Shown here: in pieces, positions 40,466 to 55,392 of the stretch | How the letters are laid out: every line of letters starts with the position of its first letter | Numbering within the stretch: the first letter of the stretch is position 1 | DNA from: the human T2T-CHM13v2.0 reference genome, Homo sapiens | Assembly: GCF_009914755.1 (NCBI RefSeq) | Contig: NC_060929.1 | Direction: 5' to 3' (one strand) | DNA: 64,000 nt | Made by a program: the position numbers and the translations under genes | Notes under the pieces: model-generated | Told to the model about the DNA's origin: nothing | Database searches by the model: none | Seen by the model: the letters and a program-made list of their open reading frames with translations, nothing else

Positions 40466-41152
40466 GTTTTTAAAGGATAAAATCTAGCCTGAACAATTAA
40501 ATGTGAAAAATAAGTCCCCTTCAATTTCCACCATGATTGAAGATGCCACAGGGACGAGGAGGAAGGACTCCCCAAGATTCAATTCCAGGCCAAGAATGCA
40601 GTGAAGGGCATGCTTCCATCACAGCCAGTATTGAAGCTCCTATCCCTCCCCTCTGTGCTTGAGAGCCTGAGCCAGATGCTTTCTTTAAACCTCCAGGTTC
40701 TGACATCCCTGGGTTCTGACCTTGACATAGGAGTTTAACCTGGTATCCCTACAGAGCTGAACTTTTGCCTGCTTCTTCCCCTTGCATATTCCCAAATCCA
40801 GATGTCTGAATTGGGAAGCAGGGTGGAGTTAAGCATTTCACCTCTGGAACAATCTCCCCAAGTGGCCCTCTCTGCTTTTATGCCTCCATATTCTGGGAAT
40901 AATATTATCTACCTCCTGGTATTATGAAGATGGAAATGAAGTCATAGATGAAAGAGACTGAGAACAGGGACCGACACATGGTAAACATTCAATAAGTGTC
41001 AGCTATGAGGAGAAGGAGAAAGAGGAGAAGCACATTTCCTCAGCTCCTGCTTGATCCATCCTGTAGTTTACCCATTTTCGTGTTATCCATTCTTAATTGT
41101 TCCCCAACTCCTACTAACCCCACCAGAGTAGCCCAGCAGGAAGGAATGAAGC

Positions 41153-41373
41153 CAGTGGTGTGCCACAGATGGCTCGTACTGGCCCAGGATATCCAATGGA
41201 TCATAACTCTTTACAACTCAACATTTCGTTAACATGATGATAGTAGTTTGGAACCAGCCATTGTGGGAGTATTTACACCACAGAAATTAGCAGATTTTCA
41301 AACTAGTACCTCCCTGCCTACTTCCTCCAACCTTGCCCAAATCCAGTTGTTAAAATTTACAAGACTACCACTG
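41153..41373. mobile_element. MER63-like hAT element
   Basis: Terminal inverted cagtggt/accactg; 'gtgggagtatttacacca'. Confidence 0.55.
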
Positions 41374-42060
41374 AAAAGAATTCCCAACGGTGTGGCACCC
41401 TGTCAGCAAAAAGGGCTTGTCTTCTTTCTTTTTTTTCCTAATGTCTAATTAGTTTCTTTAAAAAATCTTCAGGAATCATCATAGGGCTGCTTATGTGCTT
41501 TTCTCACTGCCCAGGAAATTATATCTTCCCATATTTTGGCCTTCCCTAACCAAGGTCAAACACAAAGCAAATCACACCCCCAGTTTTAAAGAAAAATTGT
41601 AGCAGAAGATGGGAACAAAAGCAAGCAGGTTAGGAACAAAAGAAAGCAGGTTCAGCTGCCAAACCAAAGTGAAAGCCAGAAAATCATGGCACAAATCCAG
41701 TGCCTAGAACAGGGGAAATGCACAAAAGACGAATCGGCAACTTGAAACGAGATTCTGTTCCCCGGCTTTAGTTTCCAAAATGGCATGAGAGCCCAGCTTC
41801 ACTGGATGTAGAGAGATGCAGACAATGCCATCAGAATCACGGAACTCAAATGACAATTAGAAGTGCCCCTATTCAACATGGAGAGCTGGAGAGCCTTAAG
41901 CTCATTCTGCAAGCACCAGTACAGAGTCAGAATGGAGCCCTGTCCACGTTAAGACAGGCACCTCCCTCTGGGCACAGCATGGGATCCTGCCACAGGACTG
42001 TGTCAACAGACCATCTGTGCCCTCCATCATCAAGTCAGTGAGAAGTCAAACGCATCCCAC

Positions 42061-42195
42061 CTGATTCCCTTCAAGAATGGCATCCTCCACTTCGGTTTTG
42101 TTCAGGTCCAAACAGGAAGCCACAATTGCAAATAAGTAGTTATGCCTCGCATCCAAAAGAGCCCGCTTGGCTTCCTTCTCTTCCTTCAGTCTTTG
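42061..42195 (-). CDS. DNAH5: DNAH5 exon 2 ([22 protein letters not shown]...EGNQ)
   Basis: AG at 42196-7, GT at 42059-60; 135 nt; manual translation (absent from ORF track). Confidence 0.96.
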
Positions 42196-43879
42196 CTAAA
42201 AGAAAAGAATAAAAATGTTACATGGAAACTGCTGTTCTCAAGTGGATTCATTTTGTAATAATTTCATACAATTGTTGTTTTTTCAAGTCTTAGGTATCCA
42301 GATAATAGACAGCTTAATGGTACCAATTTTTATGTACTATCTTCTATTTTTAGAAATAATTTATTTCTCTTATGAAAATAAAGCATGCTCATTGTTGTGA
42401 AATTGCAGAATACAGAGAAGCCAAGAGAGAAAAATCTGCCATCCAGAAATTATTATTGTTAACATTTTGTTCTAAATCTTTACACACTTATTTCTATGCA
42501 TATATAAGCATTCAACAGAATATCAAAAAAAGAGATCTCCATTTTTGTAAACATTTTCCTAAGCCATTAAAGTAATATTTTTTCTACAGTATCTCCTATC
42601 TTTATTGTTTATCTACAGCTACATATTTGGTCTTGAAATTAACTTCTGAATACCATTGCTTGCTCTTTAACTATCAATTGTTAATTATGAGAATAAGGCA
42701 TGCTTAATGTAACCAATGTTGGCAGTTTGAAGCATGTCTTTCCTTATACTGTATGATCATACAATCCTATTCAAACATATGCACACACCTATATTTACAT
42801 CATACTATAAAATGTTTTCATGCATTTCTCCCTTAACAATGCATCACGGACTTCTTTCTAGTTTAATACAGACTATTCCATCCTGTGTAATAGCTGCAAA
42901 AATATTCAGTATGAATGTACCATACTTTATTCAACTATTTTGACACTGGTAGACGTTCGGCTTCCAATTCATTCTTGGAATAATACATTACCTTTAATGC
43001 CAACCAGTAGCTCCCACTGGGAAGAGGAAAAGTGGCCCCTCTGGATCCCTTCTTTTAATCAACAAACATTTGTTAAACCCCTAATATGTGTCAGCACTGA
43101 AGAGACTAACACTACCTGGTAACCTCAAAAAAGCTCATGGCCTGGCTGGCAGGATGTGAGCTGAAAATTTAAATATGACAGATGGCATGGCAGTTGCCAC
43201 AGAGGCATCAGATTTATGGGTCTCCAAATGCAGGGGCATTTATGGGTCTACAGAGAAGGAGCAAAAAGAAGGGTCTCCCACTCTAGCCTGGAGTTGATAA
43301 GGGGTAGGGGTGGGGATGACAGGACAGCTTTCAGGAGGAGGTGGCTGAAGCCTAGCATTGAAGGAGGGTTGGTCATACTCCTAGGACAGTCGCCTTTCTG
43401 CATACACAAAGGCTGAGAGGCACACAAAAGCACATTCTGAAAACCACAAGGTAGCCAGGATGTGTGAACTAAAAAGGACTAGGAAAACATAATAGGAAAT
43501 GAGAAAAAAGTCAGATAATAAATATTTTCTGAACCACATTACAAAGTTTAACTGTTATGTAAAATCCACGGAGAATCACTGATGAGTTTCATATCAAGAG
43601 AGATAGGTGTTTAGCTGTCTGTGCAGCACTGAAAAATCCATCATTCTGGCAGCAGTGTGGAAAGTAGGCTGGCGTGATGCATGCCCAGAGGCAGTCAGGT
43701 GGGTGATGGTGGCATTCCCAGACACTGGGTTCATCAAGAGGAACAAGTTGAAGCAACACAATCATAAGTTCAGCTTTTGGATGTGTAAGATTTTGAGGTG
43801 ACTCAATACACAGGTGGACGAGGCAGACAGGCCACTGGAAATGTTCAAGGGGAAACTGCATTGCAGATACAGATAACAT

Positions 43880-44093
43880 GCAGGTTCTCAATTTAGCACG
43901 ATGACTTTATGAGACAGACCATTCTTGTTGTGAGGAGCAGTCCTGTGCAATGTGAGGTTTTAGCAGTGCCTTTGGTCTCTAACTTCTAGGTCCCAGTAGC
44001 CTCCACCACCAACTCCTGAGAATAAAAAACGTCTCCAGACATTGCCAAATGGCCCCTGTGGGACAAAATAACTTCTCCTGTTCAGAACCACTG
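43880..44093 (+). mobile_element. MER20 hAT element
   Basis: 'ggttctcaa...tgttgtgaggagcagtcctgtgca...tctccagacattgccaaat...agaaccactg'. Confidence 0.85.
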
Positions 44094-44460
44094 ATATGAT
44101 ACAGACATATATATAGATATAGACATAGGCACATATAGACATAGACATAGAGAAGACGGTCAATATAAAAGCTACAATGTCAAATCAGTGTGAAAACAAT
44201 GTGGTACCTGTTGGAGTTGTGCAGTACAGAACCTGCAAAAGTACACATCAACAGCTCGTTCAACCAGCAGGTGGTATGTGCATTCAATAAATATTTGTCA
44301 AATGAATGAATAAATCAAAGTTTAAACCATGAGTGCAGATATGATTTTCTAACAAACATACTGAAATGAAAACACACTAAAAAAGTGAAGAAAACTGGGG
44401 ACCACCAGTATCCCAGGAGCAAGGAGAAAAAGAAGTGCAAATAAAGAAAGCTAAGGATGA

Positions 44461-44763
<303 letters not shown>

Positions 44764-44884
44764 CTAAGGATGAATGTGCAAAGAGATAGAAAGGAGACCA
44801 AGAAACCGTAGTAGCAATAAATCATGGAGAGTGACCAATAGCAACAATGCTACACAGGATTGGTTGGGTTAATTAGGATATCTT

Positions 44885-45405
44885 TAGGGATTGTGTTTAC
44901 AGGATGGTTGCAGCTTCTCACAGCTCTTTTGCAGTGTGACTGTGCCACTAACCTGTCAAGAAACAGACTGTATTTCCCCTCCCCTTGAATTTGGCTAGCC
45001 CTATGGCCAGTTTTCACCAAAAAAAAAATCTGAGGGTAAATGAGATGGGACTTCCTAAGCTAGTTCTTAAGAGATCTTCACCTTCTGCCTTTGCACTTAG
45101 AATGTTGCCTCAGAACTCAGCCATGTAGGGAGACCACATGGAGGAGAACAAAACCTTCTGGTCAGCGGTACCATCTGACCTTCTAGCTGACCCCAGCACC
45201 AACTTTCAGCCATTTGAGTAAGCTGTCTTGGATGTTCCAACCTAAGTTTCCCCTACAGATGACAGCAAGCCAGCCAATGGCACCTGCAGAAGAACCACCC
45301 AGCAGAGCCCAGTCACTCACAGAATAAAGAGAGATAACAGATGATTGTTTCTGCTTTAGGCCCTTAAGTTTTGGTATGGTTTGTAACGCAAAAATAAATA
45401 ATAGA
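44885..45405 (+). mobile_element. Old MLT1 LTR
   Basis: 'ttttgcagtgtgact', 'cccctccccttgaat', 'gaaccacccagcagagcccag', 'aagttttggtatggtttgt'. Confidence 0.65.
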
Positions 45406-46106
45406 GTAATTTTGTTAGAATAATTTCATTGGTTGGACAGAAATAAATATAGACTTGAGAAAAGGATGATTGGGAAAAGAGAAATATAAAAATGCTGAAT
45501 ATAAACTACTTTTTCCAGAAACTTGACTATAAAGGAATAGGGTATGGTAGTAATAGAGAGGAAAATTTAGAGTCAAGAAAGAATTTTTTAAGGTACAAAA
45601 GACTTACAGAAAAGTAAAGATGAAAAAGTTGGAGATTTCAGAGCAATTGAAAGGTTATTGCTACACCTATGTAATTGACATACATTTCTCTGAACTTGAA
45701 GGACTACCTATCTGAGAGACAACTTTGCTGGGGAGGTGGCAAGAGGCAGGATTCAGGTTTAAAAAATAGATAATCTACCTGTTTTCTCACCATTTCTTTA
45801 AAAACAAACATGTTAGTTCATTCCATAGACATCAAATAAAAGTACATTTAAAACTTTTTTCAAATGTCACTAAAGCCAGGAAGATGTCCTGTTGTTTTGA
45901 ATTGTTTTCTGCCTTCCTGGCAGGGAGAAATAAAAGACTTTTCTCTAAGTGATCACTCTAAGTTTGTGCTAAATATCTTTAGCAGCTTGAGAACTCAGAG
46001 GTCAACCAGGGAGCCAGGAATTCAGCAACAACACAAAGAGATGGCAAATGCTTGGTAGCCAAAACTAAAAATAAACGAAGTAGACAGCCAGAAGATTCAA
46101 GATGTA

Positions 46107-46218
46107 AAGGAACTGAGGGCTTCCAAAGAGCACAGAGATTTAAAAAAGATTCTTCCATGGCAAGGAACTGAGGCGTTCCAAAGAACACAGAGATTTAAAT
46201 AAGATTCTCCCATGGCAA
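46107..46218 (+). repeat. Two-copy 55-bp tandem duplication
   Basis: aaggaactgagg..ttccaaaga.cacagagatttaaa.aagattct.ccatggc starting at 46107 and 46162. Confidence 0.92.
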
Positions 46219-48881
46219 CACATTACTTCATAACCCAATTGTTTCTGATTCCAGAGGAAAAAATATCCTAATGAAAAAGAGGGAAATCACTCCCTAAAAT
46301 AGAAGACTAATTATTCTATTTTTACTTAAATATCAGAGGAGAAAGAAACTTCCAAAGCAGCTTTATTTATATAAAGCTAATTATTGACATATTTTTAAGT
46401 AAATGTTTTCAGAAGTTATTTAATATATTTAAAAGCAGGTTAAGACTTGAATATATTTTCTTATGTAAACTGATTGTTCTATTGCCTGAAGACAAGTAAT
46501 ATGAAGTCAATCCTAGTGTCATATAGACGAAATGCCACAATGTTTATCAATCTCAACTTTCATTGCATTACACTAAGGTATCCTGGGAATATTGAAATTG
46601 CTTTTTAACTACCATAAAAAAGTCAATAATGTCAAACAAATATTTAGCAATTAGAACAGTGCACTGTCAATCCGCAGACCTAACCCTGCAGCTTTCTGGC
46701 TGCTAAGGAACTGCAGCAACAAGCAGTCAGGTGACTAGTTCTTTGGGGGTTGGCTTGTCCTGCTGGCCTTTGAAACACCTAGGACACTTGGAAAGTGAAG
46801 GCAGAGAGGGATTAAGAAGGCAGGAGGTAAACTATGTCAAGACTTTTCTGGAGTCCTACTAAAATTGTTTTGCATTGCATGAAAAAGCACCAGTGAATAG
46901 GGGTGGGGAACATGGCCAGAAATCTATTCAATGTCCAAGGAAATCTAGAGCAGCATTAAAACATTGCGGCAATTTGTGATATGTTATTACTGCCTTAGAA
47001 TGGGAGAGTGGCTAATGTACTACCTCACAAGAAAGGAGCTCTGCTTCCCAGGTGGCCAATCCTCCACAGACAAAGGAGCACTGATGTCAGAATGAGGTGG
47101 TAAGGTTCTAGTCCCAGCTCTGACACTAATTGCAAGACCTCACATCTTTCATTTAACCTCTCCAGGCCACAATTTCCTCAACTACAAAATGAAAGTGTTG
47201 GACTAGGTGACAGCCAAGGTTCATTCCTTCTTCAATATGTGGACTACTTCTCATGACTTCAAACGTTTACACAATCTACAGACTCAAAATTTTAAAATAC
47301 AAATCCTAATGAATACCCCAAAAAGCTCAGTGACTGTCTCAAAACTAATCTATCCATCTGATGTTTAAAAAATACTAACATTTGCCTTTAACTCTGTAGA
47401 ACCAAAGTCCAAGTCTGCATGCTTATATACACAAACTGTATAAACTACATACATGATCAGTCTTTCATTTTGTCTCTAGGCTTATAATCCTCAACTATAT
47501 GGGAGACCTTATAGAAATGAAGATAAAAGTAAAATGGAGATAAAAGTCCCAACTTGAAAGAGGTTTGTGAGGGTTAAATTGCATGCAGTTTGGTGATCAC
47601 ACTAAATCAAACAGCACTCGAATTAAAATGGCATGACCAAGGATTTGATCCTGGACATCAAAATGTAAGTGAAACAAAACATTTTCATAATGATTTCTTT
47701 TAATTGTACAAATGTTTAAGCTTCCTACACCCTTATGAAGCTCTGCCTTGTTGACAGGTTTGTTCCTGACACAGATCTACTCCACTGACCCCATTGGCAG
47801 CCAGCAGAAGTGGATGGAGGATGGGGCTATTGGGTCTGAGAGTTCTTTTGTGCCTAAGCAAGGACATCTTTTCCCAGACCCTCCTGAAGGGTATATTTTG
47901 CATTGTTTGCCCTGGTTGCATTGCCAGCTTGGTTCTGTTAGTCATCATTTGCTCACTATGTTTTGGTTTAATTGTCACAAAATCCCTATGAAGAAGACAT
48001 TATTATCTCCACACCAGGAAATCAAGACTATGGACCATTAACTGCTTTCCCAAAAGCACACAACTAAGAAAGTGGCAGGGTTGGGAATCAAGCCCTTGCT
48101 GTCCACAGGACCAGACCAAGACATAGGATGCCCAAGGGCAACTAAGAATTTTGCATAACTTCAAACTGATATTCCATAAGCACTTTTTAAAAAATATGCG
48201 CTTAACAGTTATCTAGTATGCTCTAGCAGGAGACCCCATACAAGGGTTATACGAGGAGTTGTAGATGGAGACCAGTTAACTAGCACCGATTTCCTGAGTT
48301 ATATCAGTGGTATTTTAGTGCCAGTGTGGACTGGTACCCAGGTGCTTCCAGCTGGGATGAATGTATTCAGTTCTCACTGCACTCCTGTGTCTCTCAGAAA
48401 ATGATAACACCCTCACCCCATCTTCTACTCCTGAAAGTGTCTCGGAGGTTAGTTCCTCATTTGGGTAGTCAGTAGGTGACGCTCCAGATTCCCCCTACTC
48501 ACTGCTGCTTCATCTGACAGTATCACTGTTATCGACATCATACTGCATATACCAGGTCCTCATACAATACCTTTGCACGGGGAAGTGGGTAGGGAAAGGA
48601 ATGGGTTCTGCAGCCAAAGAATATTTGGTTGTTAAAAGAAAAAAGCTTTTCTAGGTGACATGATTAGCTTTGTTGCACGTCTGAATCTGAGAAAGAGAAA
48701 GAGATCTGACTTAAGGAAGTTCAGTTGCACACGTTGAAATGAATATATTTCTATTTGTTTGACTTGAGCATTTTGTTCTTTATATGTGTGTATTCATACA
48801 GTAATGTAACAAATATAATAGAGAATAATATAGGTTAAAATCCCCATCTGAGATCATTGTAAATAATGTACTCTATGAATT

Positions 48882-49645
48882 ACAGCCATTCTCCTATCCC
48901 CATCCAAGGTTTCCATTTCTATGGTTTCCATTACCTGTGGTCAACCTTGTTCCAAAAATGTTAAATGGATAATTCCAGAAATAAACAATTCATAAGTTTT
49001 AAATTTTGTGCCCTTTGGAGTAATGTGATAAAATCTCATGCCGTCCAAATCCATACCACCTGGGATATGAACCATCCCCTCATCCAGCATCTCCACACTG
49101 TAGACATTACCCAACCATTAATCATCAACATCATCTGCTCCCGGCACCCAATCATTGACATCATCATAGCTCAATGATCCAGGATCACCCAAAGCACACG
49201 GTCCTCCTGTTATACCATCAGATGGTCAGTAGCAGTCAAACACTATATCACAATGCCTACAGCATTCACCTCACTTCATCTCATTATGCAGGCTTCGTGT
49301 CACCTCACATCCACACATGAAGGGTAGATACAGTACAATAAGATATTTTGAGAGAGAAAGACCACATTCACACAATTTTTATTACAGTATATAGTTATAA
49401 TTGTTCTATTTTATTATTGTTGTTGTTGTTAACCTTTTACTGCACCTAATTTATAAGTTAAAGTTTGTCATAGGTATATATATGTACATATATATATATA
49501 TATAAAATGTAAATATATAAATGTACATATATATACATATATATGAAAAAAACATAGTATATATAGGGTTCAATCCTACCCATGGTTTCTGGCATTCAGT
49601 GGGGGTCTTGGAATATATTCCCCCTGGATAAGACAGAACTACTAC
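48882..49645. mobile_element. MER44-like (Tigger) element with an internal TA tract
   Basis: 'ttacctgtggtcaacc...aattccagaaataaacaattcataagttttaaatt'...'gggggtcttggaa...ggataag'. Confidence 0.75.
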
Positions 49646-49734
49646 ATGGTTAAAGTTCCTTATCTTAAATAACTAAAGTAAATACATCCATGACTGATTT
49701 CCCTTTGGCTGTCAATGTCAACCTCAAGTCCACA

Positions 49735-49820
49735 GATAATTGATCACTTGATGAGAACACAGTGCTAACGAAACCAAGGACATGGATTTGATCATCTCAG
49801 GCCAGCTAACTTCACTTTAT
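49735..49820 (+). mobile_element. Possible MamSINE1 (tRNA-derived head) relic
   Basis: 'gtgctaacgaaaccaaggacatggatttgatc...ggccagctaacttc' resembles the recalled consensus. Confidence 0.4.
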
Positions 49821-51449
49821 TTCATCTTCCCCAACTGTGGATGAATCAGGACAAATTCACGAGCAGAAAAAGAAAATTATTCAACGTGTATGCCTGGCTG
49901 AAATACCTGGTTATTGGTAAAATATGTGTTTCTTTTCTTTCTTTAAAGACACCCAAATGGTTTAGTTCTCCTATCTGCCACATATATTACCTGATCCTTC
50001 TTATCTCCTGAGCAGTAAAACAAAGTAAATAACAAGAGAATCTCATCATTCCTACAGGAGTACCAGCTTTACAGGGAAGGGATGTTTTCCATTTTGATTT
50101 ATTCGATAGCAGCAGTGTCAACAACAGGCCCTGGCACACTGAAGATCCTCAATTAATATCTCTAAATAATTTTAAAATTATTTTACAAGTCACTCTCACG
50201 TAATTAAGGGCTGGAACAAATTATCCTAGACCAACGTGAGTCCACGATTGCAGAATCAAAATTAAGTCAATAGGATCCATGCTGTTGTGCCTGGAACATA
50301 AGTGACTACACAGAATTCTACCCTGGGTAGGATAGTAGCTCCCCCTCAATTTACAGCAAATACAGCTAACCTTGCTTTACCTGCCTCCCGTTTTATTTTG
50401 TTGAATTAGAGAAACTGAGGGAAGCAGTTCTCTAACTCATTTACCCTTAGAGCCCTCTACAATCAACCCTATTTCCCTGTCTTCCCACAGAGAAAAGCCT
50501 CCCTCTTTGTCTTCCAGCTTCTCTGTTTCAACCCACAGGGCCCCGTCTCCTTTCCCGGCCTCTCTCAGAGAGAAGAGGCTGCTCTGTGATGCTTCCCAGC
50601 CCAGCCTAACCTGCTCTCTAATTGGCTGGGAGAACCACAATTTAGAGACTCTCCACTCCTAACTGTACTTTTCACGTCTTGCCTTTTCTGACTCCCCTTT
50701 CGTTTCATTTATCCCGGTGAAGGGCCACAGCTGCAGAGGAAGCACGGCACCTCCTTCCAGAATTAAGCGCACTTCAGTAAAGTGGTTTCGGGAAAGAAAA
50801 GAGATGACACGCTGGCTAATCCCACTCACAGCAGGTGCTTTAGTGAAGCCCTCCTCTATTTAACAAGAGCCACGCTTTCCCTCTATTGCAAAGAGATAGC
50901 ACTTAAGCGTGTGGTACCATCCATTTTCTTCTGTCCAGGGATAAACTTTGGCATCCTGTCTATTTTTGCTGGAGTTCCCAAGGCCTCTAGCTCTCCCTAT
51001 TTACTCACTCCCTTACCTATCATTCCTTCCAGGCAAATAAAGAACTCTCTCTTTAGCATTTACGATGTGTGAATTTTCCACCCAGACCAACCCCAAATCT
51101 GCTGTAGGCATATCCCGGTGTCCACAGCCTCACCTCCCCCGACATTCCATCATCCAAATTCTAACTTAGAGTCTGTTTTCTGCACACCAAATTTCTGGAC
51201 CTGAAGTGAGATCTGGTGGACCTTCACATGGCCATATATCCTCTTTCCCTAACCCCACAGTGATTTCACTCCAAAATCAGAAATGCCTCTCATGTAGAAT
51301 TTCAAGAGGTCTCTCTGGCAGCAGGGACCATATAACTCAAATGGCCCTTACCCATATGCTAAAAATATATATATATAATATGTCACCATTCACGTTATAT
51401 ATGGCACAGGAGTGGAATTCCAAAACTTCCCTTATTCATACAACAAACC

Positions 51450-51625
51450 ACTGTGCTTAAAGCTGGCCACTCATTGGAATCATTGGAGAGCTGTAAAATA
51501 CTGATGCCTGGGCCTCCCACCCCTGAGAAATCCTGATTTATCTGGTCAGGTGCGGGGCCCAGGCACCGGCATTTCTCCAAAGCTCCCCTGGTGATTCTAA
51601 TGTACAGCCCAGCCTGACATCACTG
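51450..51625. mobile_element. MER5A hAT element
   Basis: 'ttggaatca..ggagagct..aaaatactgatgcctgggcc..ccacccc...ggtgattctaatgtacagcc'. Confidence 0.8.
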
Positions 51626-51996
51626 TTCTCAAGGAAGTCATTTTACAAATTGATCCTGATGGATTAGTATGACCGAGTTCTCACTTGAGGTAGAAACTTA
51701 ACAGAGAAAGCCCAAGGACATAAATTTTGGGATCTTCTAACTCTAACTTCTCCTTTTCTCCTTACTAGACTTGTGCAAAAATTGAATGATAGAAAGAACA
51801 AGTTCAGCTCTAAATTCCATGGTGTCTAGAAGGGTTTTTCCCTGCCATATCACAGAGCACAGCACTTAGTACAAAGTAGGCATCCAAGAGAGATTTGTGG
51901 AATGGATAAGTTTTGCACATACAGTTACATTCCCCCAGGGTCTAGCTATGGCATGATAATGATGGGGCATCTTTTGGCCTTAACTAGTTCAGGCTA

Positions 51997-52326
<330 letters not shown>

Positions 52327-53402
52327 TTTTTAAATAGACAGTACCTCTCTCTTCCCAGCTAAACCCTAGATCCATTCACCTTCCAGTGCTCTAAGGAAAT
52401 GGTTTTGATCTGCTCTATGTGAAATTTGTTGACTTGGCCAAACAGGTCTGGGCCTGATTAACAGCACACTGAAAATGGTTTGGTTAATTTGCCAGAGAAT
52501 GAGAAAACTGACATCTTTTCAGATTTCAAAAGATAATCTGAGAGCAAAGGTTCTTTCTGTCTTGGCTTCTACTAAGCACCCCACTGGAAACAATGGCTGC
52601 CCTCCTGCAGAGCTTCTCGGCGGGAGAGGGAGGTGTGCTCTCTTCCCCCACAGCTTCTACCCACAAGAGATTCACTGTTCAGAGAAAACCTGCAGCAATC
52701 TGAAAGTTCATGAGCAACAGCATTCCCTAACAGAAACACATACAGCACAAAACAGGAACAACACACATTCCGCTGCAGTGGGGAGAAGACTTTTCTCCAT
52801 TTTAAAACCAGCTTTGCAATTAGGTAAATTTGACAGTCTAGAGGACTACCATCTATCTTTCAAGTTGTTCTTTTTTCTGGAAGTCAACAAAGTCAACCAA
52901 CAAAGTTATAGACTTCAGTTTCATTTTGGGGAAGTAAAGAAAAACAGAATTCAAGTCTGGAATTCATGTCCGTCTTACACCTGTAACTTGGTACTAAGCA
53001 TTCTTTATCTCTGAGAAAAGCAGAAAAAAGACAGACATCAGATCTGGACCATAATTTTTGCAAATGAGCGAATGAATATATACAGAATAATTTCAAGTTT
53101 TTTAATGAAAATAACGTGTGTTTATTATACAAGAGAAAAGATATATGGCTTGACTTTGTTTATGGTACATTTGGTTGTTACTGGCATGATATTTATGGAT
53201 AAAGTCAATTATTACATTACAGTAGCCTAATTATAACATAGCATCATTGCAATAATAGTTCCAGACCTTAGCGTGGAACTTAGTTAAATATATATGGACT
53301 TGCAGTTAAATACATACATACTTATAGTTAGGTAGCTCTGGAATGTTTCCCATTGGTCATTTTCGATCATGAAGTTATAATATAATAAGCTATCTTATCA
53401 GT

Positions 53403-53888
53403 TGACAAACTTTCCTTGCTTGGCCAAACTTTAGTCAGGTTCCTGAATCTTCTCCTAGGCCCATCTGTACACTTCCTTGTAAAATCTAGTTTTAGCAAAG
53501 AACTCTGCTAAGTCAGTTAACAAGAACCCCTGTAGAGGGTACTCAATATCTGATCACCGTCAGTCGCTGATTGGGTTCCTCATCCTCCACCATCCCCCAC
53601 GTGCTGTCTCATCCCCCTGGCCTTTCTTCAGCAAGAATCCTGGTAGGTCGTCAGTTTAGCCAGAATCCCCCTCCCCATTGATGTCTCCTCTAAGCACTTT
53701 CCTATCCACTGACCCCTGCCCTGCTCCTTGGCTACAAATCCTCACTTGGCCATGCCATATTCACAGTTGAGCCCAATCTCTCCCATCACTCCCCAGATAG
53801 GTCCTTATACCTAACACGACGGTCGTGAATAAAGTCTTACTTTACCATGCTTTACCAAGTGTCACTGAATAATTTTTTTTCTTTAACA
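53403..53888 (+). mobile_element. ERV1 solo LTR, MER31-like
   Basis: TG...CA ends, 4-bp TSD cagt, AATAAA at about 53828, 'ccaaactttagtcagg..cctgaa'. Confidence 0.8.
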
Positions 53889-54449
53889 CAGTGCACTAAG
53901 TAGAAACTGTGTAATTATTTACATAATACACTGCAATACTATTAAGGTAATTCTGTTAATATTATACTTCAGTGGAGTGAACCAAACCAGCATCCTAAAT
54001 ATATAATTGAAACCTCCAAAAGACTTGACTTACTCTCAAAACATAGTTCATGTCAAGGAAGAATAATTCATTAATTATACCTGAGATTTTATCATCAATT
54101 GTGGTGTTTCAGACTTGGTACTGAAGCACAGGAAAAATGTTCAGACATGTGAAATGTTTAATTCATTCAACTTATTCCACAAGCATATATTAAGGACCAA
54201 GCATATACTATGGACCAAGCTCTGTGTTAAAGGAAGATTATTTTAAAATGGAGAGAACTCGCAATCTAGCAAGAGAAAGAGACATGTGGGTAAATGTCAT
54301 TTCACTACAGTGATGTGACAAGGACTCTATAAGACATCGAAGGAAAGTGCTGACAGGGTACAGGAAGGAAACTCACACCTCCTCCTCAAAGTGTCAGGGG
54401 ACGCTTCTCAGAGGAGGTAACACTAGCACTTGGTCTTGAAGAATAAGCA

Positions 54450-54497
54450 GTGCATGGACTGGCTGGAGTCAGCTCTTCCAGAATGGTCTTCTAACTC
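54450..54497 (+). repeat. 48-bp copy of the DNAH5 5' leader (55400-55447)
   Basis: 46/48 identical direct repeat, offset 950 bp. Confidence 0.93.
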
Positions 54498-55335
54498 TAG
54501 CAAGCAAGTTCAGGGGCTTGGCTGCAAGACGTTCACCTTGGGAAGGATGCATCAGAATCTTGTGGCTTGGGCAAGTGAGGGGTGGCAGATGGTGGCATAC
54601 TTAAAAAATTCAGAGGTAGATGCCTGCTCTTTTGTGGTAAAAACAACAGGCTAGGGGGGATCATGTGAGCTTCTGGGGATACACAAAAAGACACAGTGAT
54701 CAAGCCCAGTAGGAAGCATGGGTTAATGGTTGAGAACTGAGTCCTAGAGAAACCTCCAATTTCTTCTGACGTTAATTGGCAGTGGAAGAGGTTTCCAAAT
54801 CCCTCTCTATGCATTTGCATAATAAAAAGCTGCTGAGCTGAGCCCTGTGCTAGGGAAGTTCATTCTTCAATGTGATTTCCAAAGGCACAGCCTTGCATCT
54901 CACTGTCTGTGACCTCATTTGCAGGCATATAGAACAGGGGAGTGATTTCAAAGCCTAAACCTTGCAGCCTAGAATCTGCCTTAACTATTTCTAATCACCA
55001 ACTAAAGTTTACAGGTTTGAAAGAATACAAAGTGCCCAAACCACTATGAATGTGTTTTTGACCCCAGGAAAGCATCTTCCCAAAAGATGCAGCATGAATT
55101 TCTAGGTGCGTAGTTTAAGCGGCAACGTGCAGAAAAGCCTACAGATGCAAAATTTTTTTTATTTAAAAAATGAATATGTAGCCTATGCACCAGGTGAACA
55201 TTAGTTAAAAAATGTGTTTCTCGCAAATTCATCAGTGTGTGACTTTGAACCTTTTTCAAGTTTGTTTTTTCCACCCAGGTGTGACAGATGATAATCCAAA
55301 ACACACATGCAAAGGTACAGACAACAGCACCTTAC

Positions 55336-55392
55336 CGTTAAAACTCGAGTGACGCTCTGCTTCCAGAGCTGTCTCCTCCCAATCCTAAACAT
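55336..55392 (-). CDS. DNAH5: DNAH5 coding exon 1 (MFRIGRRQLWKQSVTRVLT)
   Basis: ATG at 55392-55390 with A at -3; donor GTAAG (cttac 55331-55335); 57 nt. Confidence 0.97.

Noticed and set aside
52475-53014. 179-aa plus-strand ORF in intron 1
   Set aside because: No protein-like motif; length compatible with chance in 64 kb
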